NCBI GenBank assembly: GCA_040384445.1
Contig: JAZKJG010000001.1
Span: 71,650-135,649, forward strand
Length of the DNA: 64,000 nt
From: Patescibacteria group bacterium
GTDB lineage: Bacteria; Patescibacteriota; Minisyncoccia; Phycocordibacterales; CAIZLB01
Direction: 5' to 3'
Part shown: positions 58,123-64,000 of the stretch, one piece after another
Layout: each line of letters begins with the position of its first letter
How positions within the stretch are numbered: the stretch's first letter is position 1
Made by a program: the position numbers and the translations under genes
Notes under the pieces: generated by a model
The model's database searches: none
Told to the model about the DNA's origin: nothing
The model's input: the letters and a program-made list of their open reading frames with translations, nothing else

Positions 58123-58698
58123 ATGAACCTCTACACTATTGTGGTGTCTAATGACCGAGCTGAAACTTGGCCTGGATTCTCGTTTTCTGTACTCAGGTCT
58201 CTCAAAACTTTTCTAGATGATGAGTTGCTTGCTCTTGAACTTGATCGAAAAGTACTTGAGGGAAGGCAGCTCGTTGTTGGAGAAGAATTTAATGTTCTTG
58301 ATGGATTTGTTGATGTGCACAAAAAAATCGTCAAGGAAGACAGTTATCCTCCAAACCGAATACAGTCTATAATCGTGCTCTTCAAAGTTCGAATTTCTCA
58401 TCCATACACCTGCGAAATTGAAACTGAGTCAAAGTCACATAAACCACTCCTCAGTGACGTTCTTGGTACACATAAATCTTTGATTTTTGAGATTCGCGAA
58501 GGAAGTCGGATAGTTGTGCAATGGAATGGGATCGAGTATTGCATTGCATGCAAAGATGGTTGTCTAGTATGGTGTCAGCTTGACTGGACCAAACCAGGGG
58601 AGGTTAATCATAATAAGCCCTCACGACTTACAACTCTTTTCCGAGGCCTTTTTAAGAGGAAACCAAAAAAAAGAGACACACAACCTAAAAACATTTAA
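58123..58698 (+). CDS. Hypothetical protein
   Basis: ORF only. Confidence 0.35.
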   Translation: MNLYTIVVSNDRAETWPGFSFSVLRSLKTFLDDELLALELDRKVLEGRQLVVGEEFNVLDGFVDVHKKIVKEDSYPPNRIQSIIVLFKVRISHPYTCEIETESKSHKPLLSDVLGTHKSLIFEIREGSRIVVQWNGIEYCIACKDGCLVWCQLDWTKPGEVNHNKPSRLTTLFRGLFKRKPKKRDTQPKNI

Positions 58699-58775
58699 CC
58701 ACGCCCCAACCTGCACATCACAGGGAGGGGTTATTTTATTTTCCCATTTACATAAAATATGCTACATATATATGC

Positions 58776-60242
58776 ATGAGTGCCTCTACATATCAGCCGG
58801 TGATTGGTCTTGAAATTCACGCAGAACTTCACACTAAAAGTAAGATGTTTTGTAGTTGTGCAAATGCACCTCTTGAACGAACTCCAAATATTCATATTTG
58901 TCCTATTTGCATGGCTCATCCAGGAACACTTCCTGCACTCAACAAAACCGCAATTGAGCATGTGTTAAAAGTTGGAACAGCATTAAAATCAGAAATTGCT
59001 GATTTTACAGAATGGGATAGAAAAAACTATTTTTACCCAGATATTCCAAAAGGGTATCAGATTAGTCAGTACGCATATCCACTAGTTCAGAAAGGAACAC
59101 TTACTGTAAAAAATGAAAAAGGTATTGATGTTGAAGTAGGTATTACTCGAATTCACCTAGAAGAAGATACGGCGAGATCGAGTCACGATAAAGGTGACTT
59201 TAGTCTTGTTGATTACAATCGTGCGGGTGTGCCGCTTATGGAGCTTGTGACGGAGCCTGTGATTCATGATGCGAAAACAGCAGGAAATTTTGGAAAAGAA
59301 TTGCAGCTTCTTTTGCAAACTCTTGGAGTATCAGAAGCAAACATGGAACTTGGACAAATGCGAGTTGAGGTAAATATTTCAATACATAAAGAAGGAGAAC
59401 CTTGGGGAACAAAAGTTGAGATTAAAAACTTGAACTCATTTAGATCAGCTGAGCGATCTATTGCGTATGAGATTGAGCGACAGGCAGCACTTCTTGATGC
59501 TGGTGAAAAGGTTGTACAGGAAACGAGAGGATTTGAAGATGCGACTGGAAAAACATTTTCACAAAGAAAAAAAGAAAACGCGAACGACTACAGATATTTT
59601 CCAGACCCAGATCTGCCAAAACTGTATATTTCAAAAGTTCCTGAATGGTCACATGAAAATTTGCTTGCCACTCTACCAAAACTTCCTTGGGTTCGAAGAG
59701 GAGAGTACCTTGCTGAAGGAATGAAAGCGGAAGATGCAGAGATGTTTATTTCTGATAAGTTTTATGGTGATTTCTACGAAGCAACCATTACATCACTATC
59801 AAAACCAGATCTTAAGAAACTAGCAATTAACTACATTGCAACTGATATTGCTGGTTTAGTTAAAAAGGAAAATGAACGAGCTGAAACGCTTGATGTATAT
59901 ATTGAGAAAAATCAGTTTGTTGAAATTATTGAAATGATTGATGCAGGGGAGTTGTCTTCTAGAGGGGCTAAAGATTTAATTGCGTTACTGTGGAAAAATG
60001 AAGAACTAAAAAACAAATCTGCTAAAAGTATTGCTGAAGAAAAAGGAATGATTCAGAAAAATGATCCTGAAGCTCTGAAACTTATGATTCAGGGTGTTAT
60101 AGATGCAAATCCAGCACAGGTTGAAGGATTTAAGGCAGGTAAGGAACCTCTTCTTATGTATCTTGTGGGTCAAGTAATGAAAGAGGGAAAGGGTGCTGTG
60201 AATCCTGCAAAAGCACAAGAGATGTTACGAGAGATGTTGTAA
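58776..60242 (+). CDS. gatB: Asp/Glu-tRNA(Asn/Gln) amidotransferase subunit B
   Basis: N-terminal YQPVIGLEIHAELHTKSKMFC signature and a C-terminal YqeY-like domain. Confidence 0.93.
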   Translation: MSASTYQPVIGLEIHAELHTKSKMFCSCANAPLERTPNIHICPICMAHPGTLPALNKTAIEHVLKVGTALKSEIADFTEWDRKNYFYPDIPKGYQISQYAYPLVQKGTLTVKNEKGIDVEVGITRIHLEEDTARSSHDKGDFSLVDYNRAGVPLMELVTEPVIHDAKTAGNFGKELQLLLQTLGVSEANMELGQMRVEVNISIHKEGEPWGTKVEIKNLNSFRSAERSIAYEIERQAALLDAGEKVVQETRGFEDATGKTFSQRKKENANDYRYFPDPDLPKLYISKVPEWSHENLLATLPKLPWVRRGEYLAEGMKAEDAEMFISDKFYGDFYEATITSLSKPDLKKLAINYIATDIAGLVKKENERAETLDVYIEKNQFVEIIEMIDAGELSSRGAKDLIALLWKNEELKNKSAKSIAEEKGMIQKNDPEALKLMIQGVIDANPAQVEGFKAGKEPLLMYLVGQVMKEGKGAVNPAKAQEMLREML

Positions 60243-60265
60243 TAGTATATGATATACTTTCTGTC

Positions 60266-61159
60266 ATGGAAGATCCTCTCGTAGTAATGCCACAAAGGTC
60301 AAAAAAATTCACCCAAATGGTGATGACATTTGTTTGTCTCTTTATTGCATATGTTGCCTGGTCTGAGTATCGTGCTTTTATGTTTCAAAGAACTATCAAT
60401 GCATTAGAAGAAGAGAGTCAAAAAAATATTAATAATTTAAAGGCAAGCTCAACCGAATCAACTGAGTCTTTAAATAGTTTATTTACTACTTTAGCACGTG
60501 TTATTGATCAAGAACGGATGAAAAGTAAAAGTCTAGAAGAAAAAGTTGGATCACTCGATAAGTTAAGTAAAAGTGACCCTCAACTTTTGAAAAAATATTC
60601 TAAAGTATATTTTCTAAATGAGAATTATGCTCCTTTAAGTTTGTCTACTATTCCAATAGAAAATGTGTTTAATAAGAAGCAAGAATATCAAGTACATAGT
60701 GATATATTATATTTCTTACAAAACATGTTTAATGCAGCACGAGTTGATGGGATAGATTTGCTTGTAACTTCAGCATATAGATCATTTACAAAACAAGTAG
60801 ACGTAAAAGCAATACACCGAGTGATTTATGGTGTAGGAACTGCAAATCAATTCTCAGCAGAGCAAGGGTTTTCTGAGCATCAACTTGGGACCACTATTGA
60901 TTTTACCACGCAAGAAACAGGCATAAACTTTTCAAAGTTTGAATCAACGAAAGAATTTGAGTGGCTCAAGCAAAATGCTCACAAGTTTGGATTTGTACTC
61001 TCATACCCAAAAGGTAATACATTTTATGCATACGAACCATGGCACTGGAGATTTGTTGGGGTCAATCTCGCAACTGAATTATACGCAAATGAGATGTATT
61101 TTTTTGCGTTAGATCAAAAAGCGATTGATGGATACCTAATCAACATGTTTGATAGATAA
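60266..61159 (+). CDS. D-alanyl-D-alanine carboxypeptidase (peptidase M15B, VanY-like), membrane-anchored
   Basis: SAYRSF...SEHQLGTTIDF...EPWHWRFVG metal-binding motifs and an N-terminal TM. Confidence 0.8.
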   Translation: MEDPLVVMPQRSKKFTQMVMTFVCLFIAYVAWSEYRAFMFQRTINALEEESQKNINNLKASSTESTESLNSLFTTLARVIDQERMKSKSLEEKVGSLDKLSKSDPQLLKKYSKVYFLNENYAPLSLSTIPIENVFNKKQEYQVHSDILYFLQNMFNAARVDGIDLLVTSAYRSFTKQVDVKAIHRVIYGVGTANQFSAEQGFSEHQLGTTIDFTTQETGINFSKFESTKEFEWLKQNAHKFGFVLSYPKGNTFYAYEPWHWRFVGVNLATELYANEMYFFALDQKAIDGYLINMFDR

Positions 61160-61215
61160 AGACTGTTTATGTCAATGTGTCTTCGAAGTAGTTGTGTGTG
61201 CTACAATCTGTACAT

Positions 61216-62247
61216 ATGACAAACATCGCAATCAACGGAGCCGGCCGAATCGGTCGAGCTTTTCTTAAATTAGCAGTACAAAATCCAAATCTTAAAGTTG
61301 TAGCGATCAACGATCTTGCAGATATTGAAAATATCGCATACTTGATGAAATATGACTCAGCATACGGACGAAGTAATCTTGACATCAAGGTTGACAAAGT
61401 GGCTTCTACATTTACAATCAACGGTCAAACAGTAAAATACGTTTCAGAAAAAGATCCACTAAACCTCCCTTGGAAAGAGCATAATGTTGATATCGTACTT
61501 GAGTCAACTGGTTTATTTACAAGTTACGAAAAAGCCGCAGCACACATCACAGCAGGAGCAAAGAGAGTTGTGCTTTCAGCACCTGCAAAAGATGATGGAA
61601 CACCAGAATTTCCTGGGGCAACTGTACTTATGGGTGCAAACGAGCAGGTATTTGGAGATAAGACTATTTGCATAACTTCAAATGCATCGTGCACAACGAA
61701 TGCAGCTTCACCTTTAATCCACATTCTTCATGAAGCAATTGGAATCGAGAAAGCTCTTTTAAATACTACTCACGCATACACTGCAAGTCAGTCGCTTGTT
61801 GATGGTCCAAATAAAAAAGATTGGCGAGAAGGACGAGCTGCGGCTATGAACATGGCTCCATCTTCAACAGGGGCTGCGATTGCAACAACAAAAGTTGTAA
61901 CAGATCTTGCTGGAAAGTTTGATGGTATTGCAGTTCGAGTACCGGTGATTGCTGGATCTATTGTTGATGTGACATTTATTTCAAAAAGACCTACAACAAA
62001 AGAAGAGGTGAACATGTTACTACGAGAAGCCGCAAAAGATGCACGATGGAAAAATGTGTTTGATGCATCAGATGAAAGTTTGGTGTCACGAGATATTATT
62101 GGAAATTCGCATGCTTCAATTGCTGATCTTCAGATGACGAGAGTGGTTGATGGAAACCTTGTGAAAGTACTTGCGTGGTATGACAACGAGGCTGGGTATA
62201 CAAATGCGTTGTTGCAGCATGTGGTGAAGGTGAGTGAGAATTTGTAA
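61216..62247 (+). CDS. gap: Glyceraldehyde-3-phosphate dehydrogenase
   Basis: INGAGRIGR NAD-binding motif and the active site SNASCTTN. Confidence 0.95.
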   Translation: MTNIAINGAGRIGRAFLKLAVQNPNLKVVAINDLADIENIAYLMKYDSAYGRSNLDIKVDKVASTFTINGQTVKYVSEKDPLNLPWKEHNVDIVLESTGLFTSYEKAAAHITAGAKRVVLSAPAKDDGTPEFPGATVLMGANEQVFGDKTICITSNASCTTNAASPLIHILHEAIGIEKALLNTTHAYTASQSLVDGPNKKDWREGRAAAMNMAPSSTGAAIATTKVVTDLAGKFDGIAVRVPVIAGSIVDVTFISKRPTTKEEVNMLLREAAKDARWKNVFDASDESLVSRDIIGNSHASIADLQMTRVVDGNLVKVLAWYDNEAGYTNALLQHVVKVSENL

Positions 62248-62394
62248 AAAATATGTCAGAACACTACCACAAACTAGTACGAGATAAAATTCCTGAAATA
62301 CTTGATGGTAAAGGTGTGGTGAGAAGGATTAATAAAACCTAGTTTGTGTGCTATATTACCCATAATGATACAACCACAACAAACAACCATCCAC

Positions 62395-62835
62395 ATGGCA
62401 ACAGACCATGCAGGTTACACTCTCAAAGAATGTATTAAAACTCACTTAGAAGCAGGGGGATATAAAGTAATTGATCACGGAGCATTTGAATTTGATCCAG
62501 CAGATGACTATCCAGTATTTGTGCAAAAAGCTGCTGAAGAGGTATCAAAAGCAAATGATGACGAAGTCCTTGGGATCGTACTCGGTGGATCAGGGCAAGG
62601 TGAAGCTATAGCTGCATCTCGATTTCCAAACATCAGAACAACAGTGTGTTATGGAACAGGAGACATTGTAAAAGAAGTTCTTGTTGCAGGACGAGCACAT
62701 AACAATGCAAATGTATTATCTATTGGAGCTCGATTCGTAGACAAATCTGAAGTAATTTCATTTGTTGATTTGTGGCTTACGACACCATTTACAAGAGAAG
62801 AGAGACATTTACGACGACTGTCGCAACTTAAATAA
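62395..62835 (+). CDS. rpiB: Ribose-5-phosphate isomerase B (RpiB/LacAB family)
   Basis: MATDHAGYTLKE...GIVLGGSGQGEAIAASRFPNIRTTVCY. Confidence 0.85.
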   Translation: MATDHAGYTLKECIKTHLEAGGYKVIDHGAFEFDPADDYPVFVQKAAEEVSKANDDEVLGIVLGGSGQGEAIAASRFPNIRTTVCYGTGDIVKEVLVAGRAHNNANVLSIGARFVDKSEVISFVDLWLTTPFTREERHLRRLSQLK

Positions 62836-62836
62836 T

Positions 62837-63553
62837 ATGGCAACAATACTCCCAGGAATTCTTGAATCATCTTTTGATGATATACAATCTGCAGTTGAAT
62901 CTGTTGCAAGTAGTGTAAAAAAAGTTCACGTTGATATATGTGACGGAGTTTTTGTGCAATCTAAAACATGGCCGTATAGTCATATTAAAACTGGAAGGGT
63001 TGAAGAAAATTATCATATTCAAAAGCTACAAACTGAAGATATGGGATTACCACTTTGGGAAAGGATTGAGTATCAGTTCGATCTCATGATTAAAGATCCT
63101 TGGAGAACTCTTCAACTATGGGCACAGGCAGGAGCAACTTCTGTTGTAATCCATCCAAGTTCAATAGACGGTACAGATAAAGTACAACAGTCTATTTCAA
63201 TTGCTCAAAGCTTACTTATGGATGTATATATTTCATATACATATGATGAATGGAAAGCGGCAGAAAATGTATCAGAAATTCTGACCACATCTGGAGTTGT
63301 CGGAATCCAATGCATGACAATTAAACACATTGGTGTTCAGGGTCAAGATTTTGATGAAAGATGGGACGGGGAACTTGCATCGATTAAAGAAACATACCCA
63401 AATCTTCTTATCCAACTTGATGGGGGAATAGATGAAGATGTTACAAAAAACATAAATATTACTCCAGTGGACAGCTTTGTGATTGGTTCAGCTATATTTA
63501 AAGAGGGGAATGCCGACGAGAATGTAAATTTCTTCAAGCAAATGCTATACTAG
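62837..63553 (+). CDS. rpe: Ribulose-phosphate 3-epimerase family protein
   Basis: ILPGILESSF...VHVDICDGVFV, DLMIKDP, GATSVVIHP and QLDGGI fit the Rpe TIM-barrel pattern, but the sequence is divergent. Confidence 0.6.
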   Translation: MATILPGILESSFDDIQSAVESVASSVKKVHVDICDGVFVQSKTWPYSHIKTGRVEENYHIQKLQTEDMGLPLWERIEYQFDLMIKDPWRTLQLWAQAGATSVVIHPSSIDGTDKVQQSISIAQSLLMDVYISYTYDEWKAAENVSEILTTSGVVGIQCMTIKHIGVQGQDFDERWDGELASIKETYPNLLIQLDGGIDEDVTKNINITPVDSFVIGSAIFKEGNADENVNFFKQMLY

Positions 63554-63557
63554 GAGT

Positions 63558-64000
63558 ATGAATGTTTTAGGAAAAATTATTGCAGTAATTGCATTTGTAT
63601 TAATTATCCTCATATTGGTCAACTACAGATCAATATTACCCCTTTTCGATAATCTTGCATTTGGAGGCGGGTCAAAGACTCCATTCCAGATAAGTGCCTC
63701 ATATATAGAACAAGCAAATCAACTTTCTCCATATAGTAATATGACTGGGACGAGTTCAACAGCTGTTACATATGGAGATTTCTTGGAACAACAACGATCA
63801 GCTAAAAATCCTGCAAAAACTACTATTGTAAAAAGAGGATCTATCACAGTGATCAAACAAGATGCGCTTCTAACGCTTACAACGGAAAATCTGAAACTCC
63901 CAAATTCAAATCCTAAAGTTCACATCTGGTTAACAAACACTCCGACGATTACAGATGACACACGATATATTGATTTTGGTTTAATGCGATCAGGATCACC
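63558..64000 (+). CDS. Hypothetical membrane-anchored protein, 3'-partial (runs off the window end)
   Basis: An ORF with an N-terminal TM, MNVLGKIIAVIAFVLIILILV, that stays open to position 64000. Confidence 0.4.
   Translation, partial: MNVLGKIIAVIAFVLIILILVNYRSILPLFDNLAFGGGSKTPFQISASYIEQANQLSPYSNMTGTSSTAVTYGDFLEQQRSAKNPAKTTIVKRGSITVIKQDALLTLTTENLKLPNSNPKVHIWLTNTPTITDDTRYIDFGLMRSGS

Noticed and set aside
1-64000. CRISPR array, transposase or integrase
   Set aside because: I scanned for regularly spaced short direct repeats and for DDE or tyrosine-recombinase-like ORFs and found none. The only notable direct repeats are the 22-bp pair around the giant gene and the 38-bp terminator pair.

Overview
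The window is a 64-kb, low-GC (~35-40%) stretch from a small-genome bacterium, dominated by core housekeeping genes. Short protein forms, many type-IV-pilin-like N-termini, a truncated AlaRS and sigma-70 region-4 stand-alone proteins suggest a Candidate Phyla Radiation (Patescibacteria)-like organism; this is inference.

Recognisable core content, in order:
- A glycan operon on the minus strand: GH8 glycosidase, GT2 polyprenol-P-sugar synthase, and a GT-C transferase that runs off the window start.
- Four tRNAs (Leu-TAG, Lys-CTT, Ala-TGC, Glu-CTC).
- A type IV pilin and a cysteine-free bL36.
- A CapA-DUF192 fusion.
- The ribosomal/RNA-polymerase block rpsM-rpsK-rpsD-rpoA-rplQ, then rplM-rpsI.
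- grpE-dnaK, asnB, DsbA/DsbB, and ZIP transporter with Zur and a YibE/F protein.
- parB, topA, dprA, serS, an FtsQ-like protein, and an LMW-PTP/ArsC.
- A pyrE-pyrD-pyrC cluster.
- Two tandem GDP-mannose-hydrolase-like Nudix paralogs beside an orphan histidine kinase, then HPF.
- A GC-rich islet with a glutaredoxin-like protein and an adenylate-kinase-family kinase.
- DedA, followed by a 1478-aa surface protein (LamG, 5x FN3, propeller-like core, 2x peptidoglycan-binding domain).
- uvrB, pepF, alaS, obg, gatB, a VanY-like carboxypeptidase, gap, rpiB and rpe.

Accessory or unusual signals that I could see directly:
1. An exact 22-bp direct repeat, including the last codons of DedA, brackets the 4.5-kb giant surface-protein gene.
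2. Two near-identical 38-bp terminator hairpins bracket pyrD-pyrC inside a GC-elevated pyrimidine module.
3. A 19-aa Cys/Gly-rich peptide ORF with a promoter-overlapping palindrome lies immediately downstream of zur.
4. There are several GC-rich islands of unknown ORFs: rpsI-grpE, 19250-19560, 39700-41470 and 49930-50470.
5. A family of related 'ccctacg...ttagg' terminator hairpins recurs.

No CRISPR array, transposase or integrase was detected.
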